Shown: one piece after another, positions 49,872 to 62,249 of the stretch
How the letters are laid out: every line of letters starts with the position of its first letter
Numbering within the stretch: position 1 is the first letter of the stretch
The notes under the pieces: generated by a model
Seen by the model: only the letters and a program-made list of their open reading frames with translations
What the model was told of the DNA's origin: nothing
The model's database searches: none
Translations under genes and position numbers: made by a program
Assembly (NCBI RefSeq): GCF_006345805.1
Contig: NC_043013.1
Location: 8,184,001 to 8,248,000 of the forward strand
Reading direction: 5' to 3'
DNA: 64,000 nucleotides
Origin: Octopus sinensis
Taxonomy: Eukaryota

Positions 49872-51054
49872 ACACACACACATTTATGTATGTATGTGAT
49901 TATTGTTTTAATGTTCGCTTTTCCATGGGTTAGATTGAGTTTATTGAAGCAAATTTTCTACAGTCAAATGCCCTACCTGTAGCCAACTTTTACCAGTTTC
50001 CAAGGCAGCTAATATTTCCTTATGGGCAGACATGTTTTCGCACAATATTGAGAATGACTTGCATTCGTTTTTACAACTTTCATGCAGCGTCAACACAAAG
50101 GAGTCACACTCATGCATGCACATACACACACACACAAAAACACATGCACTCATACACACACACAAAAACATGCACACACACACACACACATGCAGACATA
50201 GAACCTGGTGGAGCCCTTGAACTTGTCTGTTCTTTTCAAAACATCCAACCCATGACAACAGGGGGAAAAAAAATTTAAACGATGTTGAAAATGATGGTGG
50301 TGATGGCGCAGGTGGCTGATGAGCTTTTGTCAGTTTCCGTTGACTAAATCCACTCCCAAGGCTTTGGTTGGCCTTGAGCTAAGGTAGAAGCCACCCAGTG
50401 AACCCGAAACCATGCAATCAGGAAGCAAACCACTTAACCACATAGCCATGGTCGCTGACTGCACAGACCAAGAAAAATGCTTAACCGCAAACCATAGAGT
50501 AAAACCATAAACCATTTAGTCACAGGCTGAGTAGAACAGTCATTTAATCATTCACTAGTACTGAAAAAAAAACATACCATATAGAAGCTACTGGCTGTTA
50601 TAAAAATCCATTTAATCACTGTCTGGCTTTATTCAAAAATTATGTAACCACTGGTTGTGCTGATAGGACATTTATTAACTAACTGATCTGAAAATCTATA
50701 TAATTAGTAGCTGCGCTAAAAAATTATTTAATTAGCAGCTGTACTGGAAAAATTTGTAATGAGAAGCTGATGGTACTGAAAACCTATATTACAATGGGTC
50801 TGTGATCTTCAGATGTTGAGCCCTCATAGAAGAGATGCCAAAGGACAACTGACACAACTGGCAATCTGTTGTGTTTGAGAAGACCCACCCAGCTGAGTAA
50901 AATCCATGTCCATGCTCCCTTCCCTCATCTACAACCTACCCATGCCCACCACCACTGTTTCCCTGACTTCCCTTCATTCTCCCTCATGTATCTACCTACC
51001 TACTTGCACACAATATATCTCTGTTAAATCCTTTCCTTTGCTACACACCCTCCA

Positions 51055-51260
51055 TGGGGTCATGTGGCTTAGTTGTCAGGGTGTTGGAGTTATGACCATA
51101 AGATTACGGTTTCAATTCCTGGACTGGGTGATGTGTTGTGTTCTTGAGCAAAACACTTCATTTCACATTGCTCCAGTCCACCCCGCTGGTAACAATGAGT
51201 AATCCTGCAACAAATTGGTATCCCCTTCAGGTGGGGGGATATCTCTTGAAACCGGGAAAC
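51055..51260 (+). mobile_element. CORE-like SINE (family F variant)
   Basis: tRNA head, gtgttcttgagcaaaacac core, and a cctgcaacaaattggtatcc segment. Confidence 0.65.
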
Positions 51261-51504
51261 CAGTATAACTCAAGAAGGAAATTTTACCTACCTTTACCAA
51301 CATCCCTTCCTAATTATCCCCTTCCTCTTCCAGTGCTCATTCATTACATCTGTCCAACTCTGCTCCCACCCCTTTTGAAATCTTGTGAACTCACTCACCT
51401 ACTCACCCCTTTCCAGTCCCCTGTCAACTTCACTATAAACACCACCCTATAACTTGGGTGTATGACCCACCCCGCTTCCTCTCTGTCACATCTTCACCAT
51501 CTTT

Positions 51505-51740
51505 CTTCTTTCTTTATTGCCCACAAGGGGCTAAACATAAAGGGGACAAACAAGGACAGATAAAGGGATTAAGTCGATTATATGGCCCCCAGTGCGTAAC
51601 TGGTACTTAATTTATCGACCCCGAAAGGATGAATGGCAAAGTCGACCTCGGCGGAATTTGAACTCAGAACATAAAGACAGACAAAATACTGTTGAGCATT
51701 TTGCCCAGCCTGCTAACGGTTCTGCCAGCTCGTGGCCTTC
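51505..51740 (-). mobile_element. Family B SINE
   Basis: Tail, Meta-like module and head. Confidence 0.85.
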
Positions 51741-51849
51741 ACCATCTTTCTCTCTTCTCTCCTCATCTGAGGAAGCCATATCCCTGTTTTAATGCAAGAC
51801 ACCTTTGCAGTCTCTCAATACTACTCCCCACCTCAGCTGACGGGTCTTG

Positions 51850-52070
51850 TTCTGCAAGTTATTTGGTGAACTCATTGCTGATGGTGCCACATAAAATGCA
51901 CCCTGTATGCTCTGTAAAGAGGTTGGCACTAGGAAAGGGCACCCAGCCATAGAAACCATCCCAAGACGGTCAGTAGAGCTTGGTGCAGTCTTCTGACTTG
52001 CCTGTTCCTGTCAAACTGTCCAACCCATGCCCGCATGAAAAATGGATGCTAAATGATGATAATGATAATG
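51850..52070 (+). mobile_element. Family C-related 3' end
   Basis: aggaaagggcacccagcc...caaactgtccaacccatgc...(GAT)n. Confidence 0.7.
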
Positions 52071-52299
52071 ATGGTGGTGGTGGTGGTGGTGGTGGTGGTG
52101 GTGGTGATAGTGATGGTGATGATGATACTGGCTGTATAGAGAAACTGTATGAATAGCAGCTTTATTGAAAAACCATTTAGTCACTAGGTGGCTTTACTGG
52201 AAAAAGTTATAACCACAGGCTGACTTTTTGGTCAGCTTCAACTTTGACAGATTGATGTTTGGTGAGTAAAAAATGGTGAGAGGCAAAGAATGTCTTTGA

Positions 52300-52735
52300 G
52301 AGATAGGGAGAGAGAGAGAGAGAGAAAATAGTTGATGGGAAGAGAAGAGGAAACACAAAGAGAGGAAGAGCTACAGAGAATGGAGATGAAGATATAGAGG
52401 AAGGAGACTCACAGAGAAGGAAGGAGGAAACACAAAGGTGGTAGGAGGAAACATAGAGGAGGGAGAGGAAGATAGAGGAAAGAGGACTTACAGAGAAGGA
52501 AGGAGGAAAAACAATGGTGGTAGGAGGAAACATAGAGGAGGCAGGAGGAGACTCAGAGAAGGGAGATGGAGATACAGAGGAAAGAGAAGGACTTACAGAG
52601 AAGGAAGGAGGAAACACAAAGGCAGTAGGAGGAAACATAGAGGAGGGAGGAGGTGAGAGAAGGGAGGAGGAGGGGACTCAGAGAAGGCAAGAGAAGGGAA
52701 CACAGAGAAAGGAGGAGGGTAGACGCAGTGCTTAA
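52300..52735. repeat. Purine-rich (GA) degenerate tandem repeat
   Basis: cagagaaggaaggaggaaa...ggtaggaggaaacatagagg recurs three times (about 52411, 52491 and 52597); strongly strand-asymmetric. Confidence 0.85.
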
Positions 52736-52844
52736 TTAGAGTTATAATGATTATAGTGTTCAATTTAGTTCCAAGAGTTGAATCATTAAGGCAAAATAGA
52801 TAGGCAACTTAGGTGTATCAAATGAGATGTAGATAAGGAGGGTG

Positions 52845-52875
52845 TCATCGTCATCATCATCATCACCAACACCAC

Positions 52876-52908
<33 letters not shown>

Positions 52909-52948
52909 GATCACCATCACCATCATCATCATCATCATCATCATCATT

Positions 52949-52985
<37 letters not shown>

Positions 52986-53010
52986 ACATCATCCCTATAA
53001 TTATCATCAT
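52845..53010. repeat. (CAT)n microsatellite
   Basis: Directly visible. Confidence 0.95.
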
Positions 53011-53159
53011 TTAACAACTATTTCTCATACTGGCATACATTGGATGGTTTGATAAGACTGCATCAAGTTCTAATGTTATAGAAGCTAAAACATGATAGAT
53101 GGACAAACACAAGAGTCTTTCAATAGAGGAAATGCATAGCTATCTTGCATTATATGTGG

Positions 53160-53342
53160 GTTTCAAAGTTTGATATCAGACCAGCAGGTTTGTGGGAGGG
53201 ACTAAGTGAATTAAATTGACCCTGAAAGGACGAAAGGCAAAGTTGATCCCAGTGGAATTTGAACTCAGAACCTAAAGATAGATGAAATGTGGCTTAGCAT
53301 TTCACCTGGCATGCTAATGATTCTGCCAGCTCGCTGCCTTAA
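53160..53342 (-). mobile_element. Family B SINE
   Basis: Meta-like module plus head. Confidence 0.75.
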
Positions 53343-53499
53343 CTTGCATTGTATATTGATGGGTGGAAAATGAATAAAAATGCTGGTAGCAATTTGTCAA
53401 AGTGAGATATTCTGGATATCAAACTAGATATTGGAGATCCCAGTATCAGTGAATTGCAACCGCCATAACACATCCTGCCACCTGCATCCTCCACTATAA

Positions 53500-53752
53500 T
53501 CATCATCGTTTAACATCCAATAGCAACGTTTCTACAGCTGGATTGCCCTTCCTAACACCAACCACTCCAAAAGTGTAGTGGCTGCATTTTCTATGTCACC
53601 AGCACAGGCACCAATCAGATGACACTAGCATTGACCACGCTGAATGGTGCTTTGTATGTGCCACCTGCACGGGAGCCAGTCAGACGGCACTGACATCGAC
53701 CACACTTGAGTAGTGCTTTTTATGTGCCACCGTTATGAGAGCCAGTCAGGCA
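53500..53752 (-). mobile_element. Family C (RTE 3' UTR) fragment
   Basis: tttctacagctgga.tgcccttcctaa plus the internal sub-repeats. Confidence 0.75.
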
Positions 53753-53755
53753 GCA

Positions 53756-54150
53756 TACTCTTTTACTTGTTTCAGTCATTTGACTGCGACCATGCTGGAG
53801 CACCGCCTTTAGTTGAGCAAATCGACCCCAGAACTTATTCTTTGTAAGCCTAGTACTTATTCTATCGGTCTCTTTTGCCGAACTGCTAAGTTACTGGAAC
53901 GTAAAGACACCCGCATTGGTTGTCAAGCAATGTTGTGGGGACAAACACAGACACACAAACATATACACACAGACATATATACATGTATACAACGGGCTTC
54001 TTTCAGTTTCCGTCTACCAAATCCACTCACAAGGCTTTGGTTGGCCCGAGGCTATAGTAGAAGACACTTGCCCAAGATGCCACGCAGTGGGACTGAACCC
54101 GGAACCATATGGTTGGTAAGCAAGCTACTTACCACACAGCCACTCTTGTG
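53756..54150 (-). mobile_element. SINE family A, full length
   Basis: Complete match to other copies. Confidence 0.9.
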
Positions 54151-54634
54151 GAACAAAACATAGTCAGTTACTTCAGTTTTACTAACCATGTATATCCTTC
54201 AACGGGTGACAAACTCCGTTAACTACAAGCTGTATCCTGAATAGGATTTCCGCTCGACATTGCGAATCAACTTACTGGTTGAGACGTTAAGTATCCTCCC
54301 ACCATCACCACCACTACCACCACCACCACCACCACTATCACTTGAAACGTCTTCTTTAGATTCATTTTTATTTTATCCAACTGTAATTAAAATTAACAGT
54401 TAATGAATGTAGCATAAAGTGAATCTAATAACTCAGTATTTGCTGATGTAATTGCAAATCAACAAAACACTTGTGTGTTATATACGGCATTCCTGTTGCC
54501 AAGAGAAACCAGCTGCCACTCCACAGGGATGCATTTTAACAGTTAAGTGCTCTTCTAAATTAGTGATCTTCTAATTGTATCCCTTGCTAGTGAGTGTGGC
54601 TCTGTGTTTGAGTGTTTGGAAATATACATGTATA

Positions 54635-54669
<35 letters not shown>

Positions 54670-54848
54670 CTCTTATATTTAGCAATGGAGGTGTTTCCTA
54701 ATAACCTAGTTGCTTTTAATGACATTTGTAATTTTCCTTCTTTTTTTTTGGTGAAGCATTGCAAACTGCTCTTTATATTAATTTTATATAGTGTTTGTGT
54801 GTGTGTGTATGTATATATAATATATATATTATATATATATATATATAT

Positions 54849-54934
54849 AACATCCGCTTTCCATGCTAGCATGGTTCAGTCAAATTGTCCAACCCATGCT
54901 AGCATGGAAAGCGGACGTTAAATGATGATGATGA
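54849..54934. mobile_element. Fold-back duplication of the family C terminus
   Basis: aacatccgctttccatgctagcatgg - 19-nt spacer - ccatgctagcatggaaagcggacgtt. Confidence 0.85.
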
Positions 54935-54948
54935 TATGTATATATAAA

Positions 54949-54980
<32 letters not shown>

Positions 54981-55038
54981 GAGGGAATATTATTCCAAAC
55001 TTACAGGGAAAAATTCAATTTAGAAATATACTATATAT

Positions 55039-55080
<42 letters not shown>

Positions 55081-55332
55081 TATATGTATCTATAAAATAA
55101 TATGTTACATTACTCGACAGTCAAGATAAAACTCTGAGTTTCAGATGCCGAAGTGGGAATCCACGACACCATCTCTTCGGTTATCTGGCTATTTGAAAGT
55201 GCTATGAAAAAATACCGTTATACAAAGGGAAATTACTGTGTTATAACTCTGCTTGCCTGCGTACTTATACATCGCTTGTATCTTACCGTTTTACTGTTTT
55301 GTTATCTTACTGTTTACCAACATATATATATA

Positions 55333-55846
55333 TCTATATATATAAAACTGTAGTTGTGTGAGTGTCTGTCTCCTACGATTTAGATTCCTAACTCCTCCCA
55401 CATTTTGCGGTGCAGTTTAACCAAATTCGAGTATCTTATAGTCGTGATTCATATCGAGCTCGTCTGAGTATTAGCGCGTGTCTACGATGAGTCTACGATT
55501 TTAAAAATAATTTAACATCATTTTTTATTCCATTTTAATGCATAATTTTTCATGTGTCGATGGCGGCAGAGTTGGCGTCCATGGTCACACCTGCACCTGT
55601 TTGCTTCTCCCCCTTCTTCCCTCCCTCGTGAAGCTGTGGGGAAGGGAGTGTAAGGAAATCAATGTCGTAAAGCGTTGTCAAGGAGACCAGTGTTCTTTTA
55701 GAACAACGACTTCATGGCTTGAAGACACCAAAACAGAAATGGCTAAGAAAGCCCGAATTGGCATCTATAAGGGAAGTAACTCTCTAAAAATGCTTATATA
55801 GTTATTTCCCTTACAAACCCGAGCAACGCCGGACGATACTGGCTAG
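55333..55846 (+). mobile_element. Non-autonomous Helitron (longer copy)
   Basis: 5' TC, 3' cccgagcaacgccgg hairpin plus CTAG, A/T target; colinear with 22253-22645 plus about 200 bp extra. Confidence 0.85.
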
Positions 55847-56304
55847 TATATATATATATGTATATATATATATAATTTCTCTTTTAGAGAAATATCAAAA
55901 ATAAAATGGGGAGAAAAAATGTGTAGGGATTAATGGTTCAACATGATGAAATGGCTAGAAGAAAGAGGCTCTGTGAAAGGGAAATAATAACGATGACCTG
56001 GCTGAACTAGGGTGTGCAAGCATGCTTGCGTATCTGAGGATGTTGTGCGTGAGTGTTTATGTGCAAATTGGGGGCAGGTGGATGTGAATGTATTTGAGGG
56101 TGAGTTTAAAATTATGTGAGCCTGTGTATGTGTTTAAGTAACCTTGTGTGTACAGTTTGTGGAGTGATGTGCATTTCATGTACTGGTGTGTATGTGTGTG
56201 TGAAAATGGATGTATGTACATGTGTATGGGGTGATCATGTGTGTGTGTGTGTGTGTTTACGTATACACACACATGTATATAAAATCTTTAAACAAGGCAA
56301 TAAG

Positions 56305-56542
56305 GGTTACCTATTTCTTTACTACCCACAAGGCGCTAAGCACAGAGAGGACAAACAAGGACAGACAAACGGATTAAGTCGATTATATCAACCCCAGTGC
56401 GTAACTGGTACTTAATTTATTGACCCCGAAAGGATGAACGCAAAGTCGACCTCGGCGCAATTTGATCTCAGAACGTAACAGTAGACGAAATACCAATAAG
56501 CATTTCGCCCGGCATGCTAATGTTTCTACCAGCTCACCGCCT
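56305..56542 (-). mobile_element. Family B SINE
   Basis: Tail, Meta-like module and head. Confidence 0.88.
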
Positions 56543-56609
56543 TCTATAGACAATAAGGGTTACTGTTTCTTGTCCTCCTAATGTTAAGTCATATATCAAT
56601 AAGCAACAG

Positions 56610-57093
56610 ACGACTGAATCCTGCTCTGAATGCACCTGTAGAGACAAATCTAAATGTCCCTAGCACAGGAGTAAGATATATCTTCTATTGTGTATGAATC
56701 ACAAGTTTGAGCAAACTACAACAATGTCCATATAAATATCAAATGTTACATCGGTATTGTGGAAGGAAAATTTAAAACTAGATGTTACAACCATCTTTCA
56801 AATTTTAGGCAGTGATTAGAGACATTCAACAACCCTTTTGGCTTTAGTCTGGAAGCTTAAAGATGAAGAGACCAATTTCGATATCAAATGAAAAATCCTC
56901 TCTAAATCCAAATCCCTATATTAACGGGTCTTGAAAATGTTTGGTGTGTTTGCTTGAAAAAATGTATCTATTAAAACACTTGGAAACCTCCAACAAATAC
57001 ATAAATTTGAGGAATGAAATTTTTGCTTTATGTTCACATTTCAAAAAATACATCTTGTCGGAATTTAAAAGTAGACTACCAGACACATAATAA
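56610..57093 (+). mobile_element. Penelope-like element, decayed GIY-YIG endonuclease C-terminus
   Basis: CTCRDKSKCP, SSIVYESQV, KCYIGIVEGKFKTRCYNHLSNFR, VWKLKDEETNFDIK*KIL, KCLVCLLEKMYL, RNEIFALCSH across frameshifts. Confidence 0.88.
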
Positions 57094-57337
57094 ATCATTA
57101 ACACCTGATCTATGTTTGTCTGTCTGTTATTGAATTATTGTAACGTGGGTTATCTCCCTTGTATTTTTCATATTTTTTTTGTCTTCTTCTTTACAAGAGT
57201 CTCTTGTTTAAATGTTATCTACTAAAAAAAAAAAACAACTGACAAACAGCCTTGCTTTCAGCTTGATAAATGATGGAATGAATAATTATTTTGACCAGGA
57301 AACACTGATTTGTGGTTTTTAAATTAAGATTATATAT

Positions 57338-57511
57338 AGGCGCGGGAGTGGCTGTGTGGTAAGTAGCTTGTTTACCAACCACATGGTTCCGGGTTCAGTC
57401 CCACTGCGTGGCATCTTGGGCAAGTGTCTTCTGCTATAGCCTCGGGCCGACCAAAGCCTTGTGAGTGAATTTGGTAGACGGAAACTGAAAGAAGCCTGTC
57501 GTATATATATG

Positions 57512-57559
<48 letters not shown>

Positions 57560-58405
57560 TGTGTTTGTCCCCCTAGCATTGCTTGACAACCGATGCTGGT
57601 GTGTTTGTGTCCCCGTAACTTAGTGGTTCGGCAAAGGAGACTGATAGAATAAGTACTGGGCTTACAAAGAATAAGTCCCGGGGTCGATTTACTCGACTAA
57701 AGGCGGTGCTCCAGCATGGCCGCAGTCAAATGACTGAAACAAGTAAAAGAGTAAGTGTATATACACACACGGTGCAGTGAATAAATAGTAATCTAAATAG
57801 GTGTAGGAGTGGCTGTGTGGTAAGTAGCTTGCTTACCAACCACATGGTTCCGGGTTCAGTCCCACTGCATGGCACCTTGGGCAAGTGTCTTCTACTATAA
57901 TCTCGGGCCGACCAAAGCCTTGTGAGTGGATTTAGCAGATGGAAGCTGAGACAAGTATATATATATATATGTGTGTCTGTGTTTGTTCCCCCAACATCAC
58001 TTGACAAGTGATGGTAAAACTGAACCTCGGTAAAAGAGACCTATAGAATAAGTACTTGGCTTACAAAGAATAAGTCTTGGGGTGGATTTGCTCAACTAAA
58101 GGCGGTACTCCAGCATGGCCACAGTCAAATGACTGAAACAAGTAAAAGAATAAAAGAGTAAATTACACAAAAATGAAAATAATACTCACATCTCATTTTA
58201 ACAGATATATTTACCAAAATTACATAAAAATATCTCAAAATACTAAAGAGTAAATTCATTCAATAAAATTGCCATTGGCTTCAACCACATGGTTCTGGGT
58301 TCAGTCCCACTGCGTGGCACCTTGGGCAAGTTTCTTCTACTATAGCCTCAGGCTGACCAAAGCCTTGTGAGTGGATTTGGTAGATGGAAACTGAAAGAAG
58401 CCTGT

Positions 58406-58444
<39 letters not shown>

Positions 58445-58470
58445 TTATATGTTTGTATGTCTGTGTTTGT
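57338..58470 (+). mobile_element. Three tandem same-strand SINE A copies (57338-57753, 57799-58160, 58278-58470)
   Basis: Repeated head-domain-microsatellite-tail architecture. Confidence 0.9.
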
Positions 58471-58477
58471 CACCTTC

Positions 58478-58680
58478 TTAATCACCTGCAACTCTTCTGG
58501 ATGGTCTCCTTGTTTAAGTTGGTGAATCTGCCATAATCCTTGCTTTCAGTTCATCTTTGGTGTTACATGTTTTGTTGGTCTGTTGCTCAACTGCACCCGA
58601 CACATAATAAAAGGGTTTGCAGTCTGGGGAGTTAGGTGGCCAGATGTTAGGGGTTATCTGGTCGCAGATCACCCCTGCGC
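58478..58680 (-). mobile_element. Tc1/mariner superfamily (maT/DD37D-like) transposase fragment
   Basis: CDQITPNIWPPNSPDCKPFYYVSGAVEQQTNKTCNTKDELKARIMA contains the WP..SPD.NP.DY..W motif. Confidence 0.85.
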
Positions 58681-59637
58681 ATCTTTGGCACATACATGAT
58701 CGCCCCCAGCAGGAGATATTTTTTGCTCATCATGCACTTGTGTGTGTCATTGCAAGTCCTCAGCTGATAAGCAAACTGTGCTGCGTTCTTGACATATCAT
58801 TATGCTGTTAATGGCGCAATCCAAGTTAACTCCTTGTCCAATGGCACTTGTGACTTTTGACTCCACTCTCTCACATTCATTGCATGTCATCTTATAATGG
58901 TCACCCACATTTCCTAACAAAGGATTCATTTATAAATATGTATTGATTTTTTGTATGTCTGATTATCTGTCTGTCTGTTAATAGACACATGCATACTCAT
59001 ACACACACACACACACACACATATAAATGTTTATATGTAGATGCATTAATGTGTATGTACAATTAAATATATGTGCACTACAACTAATTGATTATTAGCT
59101 AAATGGCTTAATTAAGTTGTCATGCCAACATACCATTTTGTTTTAATACTTAATTGATAATTAGCTAAACAATTTTCCACTTTTTTTTTTCATTTTATTT
59201 ATCTTATATTAGTGTATTGTCACAGGTGTTAAACCTACAAATTATAAAGGTGTGGACCTAAAGCTTGTTTTGTTTCATACACTGATTTAATATCTGTTTT
59301 ATGATTCTTAAAGAAATAAGAATCATATTTCTAGCTTGCAATTATGTATGTTATCACATGCCAAAAGTGGTCAGGTGTTATAGTATTTGTTTTGTGTGCC
59401 TATGCTCAGATTTCAGAATTTTGCTGAAGTCACATTTTGGTTTCTAAAATGAAACAGAAGTGGAAATGTGTGGCCTTGTGGTTTGGGTGCTAGATTTATT
59501 ATCATAAGATTATGGTTTCAATTAATCAGATAACTAATCAATCAATCAATCAATCAATCGTTTATCAAAATCCTTGAACAGTGACCAAAAATATTTGACA
59601 AACAATTGAATTATTTGGTCACTGATTAAACAAGTGA

Positions 59638-59972
59638 AGGTGCATGGCTCAGTGGTTAGAGTGTCGAGCTTACAATCGTGAGATTGTGAGCTCGAATCCC
59701 GGACTGGGCTGTGTGTTGTGTTCTTGAGCAAGGCACTTTATTTCATGTTGCTCCAGTTCACTCAGCTGTAGAAATGAGTTGCGACGTCACAGGTGCCAAG
59801 CTGTATCGGCCTTTGTCTTTCCCTTGGATAATACTGGTGGCGTGGAGAGGGGAGGCCGATATGCACGGGCGACTGCTGGTCTTCCATAACCAACCTTGCC
59901 CGGACTTGTGCCTGGGTGGGTAACTTTCTAGGTGCAGTCCCATGGTTTGTGTCGTGACCGAAGGGGGTCTCA
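59638..59972 (+). mobile_element. CORE-like SINE (family F), full length with TSD
   Basis: 14-bp direct repeat gattaaacaagtga at 59624-59637 and 59973-59986. Confidence 0.9.
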
Positions 59973-60279
59973 GATTAAACAAGTGATTAGTTAGCTGGTT
60001 AACTAGTTAACAAAGAAGTGAAATTGAGATACAACAAAATGTGTTTCAACACACAAGTTCACATCAAGAATATTGCAAATCATATATAATAAAGGAATTA
60101 TTATTAATCACTTTAATAACCTTCTTTTGGATCCAGTCTCAGATGTTTCCACGTGTAGCAGTAAACAGCATTGTCCACAGACATGTGAGCAGCACTACAG
60201 TATGAGTCATACACTCCGATAAGTGTTATACTCCCATATGATTTGTACTTCAATATATCACACATAAAGCGTCTAGTGT

Positions 60280-60610
60280 GAAGGTGCTTGGCTCAGTCAT
60301 TAGAGCATCAAACTTACAATTGCGAGGTAGTGAGTTCAATTCCTAGACTAGGCTGTGTGGTGTGTTCTTGAGCAAGACACTTTATTTCACATTGCTGCTG
60401 TTCACTCAGCTGTAGAAATGGGTCACAATGTCACTGGTGTCAAGTTGGATTGGTCATTGCCCCTCTCTTGAACAACATTGGTGGCACGGAGAGGGGAGAC
60501 TGGTATGCATGGGTGACTGCTGGTCTTCCACTAACAACCTTGCCTGCACTTGGGTCTCAGACAAGAACTTTCTAGGTGCAATCCTATTGTCATTTGTGAC
60601 TGCAAGAGTC
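60280..60610 (+). mobile_element. CORE-like SINE (family F)
   Basis: Colinear with 59638-59972. Confidence 0.85.
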
Positions 60611-60954
60611 TTTACCAAAGCTTCAAGAAGACCAAAATTGATCGTTTAGTTTTCCTACTTCGTACCAATTTTCAAAAATTTTTTCATCCATTTAATATAA
60701 TTTTCCACAATATCGTTCTTAGCTAAACCCTATAAATCCTCTTGCTAATAATTGTTAGCATTTCAACAACTACATTCTTATGGCAAGATATCAACAATAT
60801 TTGTAATTTGGATGAGCTCTATGGATTCTTTATGAAATTATAATTGCTAGCAATTATATCTGTCAATTGTTGGAGAATTATTGACAGTTGAATAATACTC
60901 TCCCTCTCTCTCTCTCATTGTGCATGTGTGTGTGTATGTGTATATATATATATA

Positions 60955-61125
60955 TATGTACATGCAGATTTCTTTTATTGTATATATAACATCTAAATAT
61001 ATCTATATATATGTATATACATGCATGTGTGTGTGCATGTATATATACATGCAGATTTCTTTTATTGTATATATAACATCTAAATATATCTATATATATG
61101 TATATACATGCATGTGTGTGTGTGT
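60955..61125. repeat. 87-bp tandem duplication inside a TA/TG tract
   Basis: catgcagatttcttttattgtatatataacatctaaatatatc starts at 60961 and 61048. Confidence 0.9.
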
Positions 61126-61599
61126 ATACATGCATGTGTGTGTGTATAAATATATATACATATATATATTTAAATGTTGAGCTCCAGCATGGCTGCAGTC
61201 TAATGATTGAAATAAGTAAAAGATAAAAATATAAAAGATGTGTGTATCTGTGTGTGTGTGACTTATACAATAAAATTTATTCTTTTCCATATCAGACATG
61301 TACCTAACATTTGAATAAATCACAAAATGAGCAATAGGTAATTTCTTTTTCCTTCTACATCTCAATTATATAGATGCCAAGAGTTAAAGATACACTGGCC
61401 GTGAATTGGAATCTTCTGATTGCATCCTACATAAAGCACCATAATTTACAGCCTAGTTTTAACACCACACAATAATTACAGAGTAGGTTAAAAACATTAG
61501 CTTTATTTAATTGTTTATAATTGTTACTTTAATTTGTCTGTCGGTGAATAGCCGTAGTGGTAAATCCAATATTTACCAACAGCTACAATAACGTATGTG

Positions 61600-61790
61600 A
61601 AAGCGCGTGGCCAGGTGGTTGGGCTGCTGTAGTGATGATCTCAAGGACATGGTTTCGTTTCCCAGACTGGCTGTACATTGTGTTCTTCAGCAAAACATTT
61701 CATTTCATATTGCTTCTGTGAGCTGTAAATAGGTAACCCTGCAATGGATTGATGTCGGATTCAGGGACAAATGTTGGCATACCCATCTGC
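61600..61790 (+). mobile_element. Diverged CORE-like SINE
   Basis: tRNA-like head, gtgttcttcagcaaaacatttc core. Confidence 0.6.
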
Positions 61791-61920
61791 CCTTCTAGCC
61801 AACAATAAAGCAGCATCATACAAAAGCTTCAACAATGGGAGAAAGTGCATTGCAATCTACAGTGTATAACAAAATCCAATAGTCTCATCACTACAGCAAT
61901 ACAATATAAATATATGTTTA

Positions 61921-61974
61921 TCAGACTGTGTTGTGTTTCATATACAGTAGTATACGAAACACAACACAGTCTGA
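61921..61974. repeat. 54-nt near-perfect hairpin
   Basis: tcagactgtgttgtgtttc-atatac-agta-gtatac-gaaacacaacacagtctga. Confidence 0.9.
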
Positions 61975-62249
61975 ATATATATTGAATAAAAACCGCTATA
62001 GTAGATGTTCAAATAGTCTTTCCTGGTAGCATTTGTCATCATTTCTTTAATTAAATACAAATGATAAACAACTGGTCAATAAAGAATACATTATTTTTTT
62101 ATCTGCTGCAATAAATTATTAGTCAGTCATATGGCTGCATTTAGTTATAAATGTCGCATTCTTCTAGTTTATAACCAATATCTTTATGGCAAAATTTGAA
62201 GACATGTCTGTCATTGGAGCTTCTGATGGAATGGAATGCCTTACTGTAT

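Larger units (their letters stand above)
60770..62245 (+). pseudogene. TLR-like relic (LRR, LRRCT, TM, TIR start), interrupted by repeats
   Basis: RLKTLALFNCL (about 61487), LANNK (about 61794), SFLVAFVIISLIKYK*(W) (62017), AAFSY then FITNIFMAKFED...ECL (62135-62240). Confidence 0.35.

Noticed and set aside
52207-52735. Low-complexity S/P- or E/G-rich proteins
   Set aside because: Translations of the GA-rich repeat.
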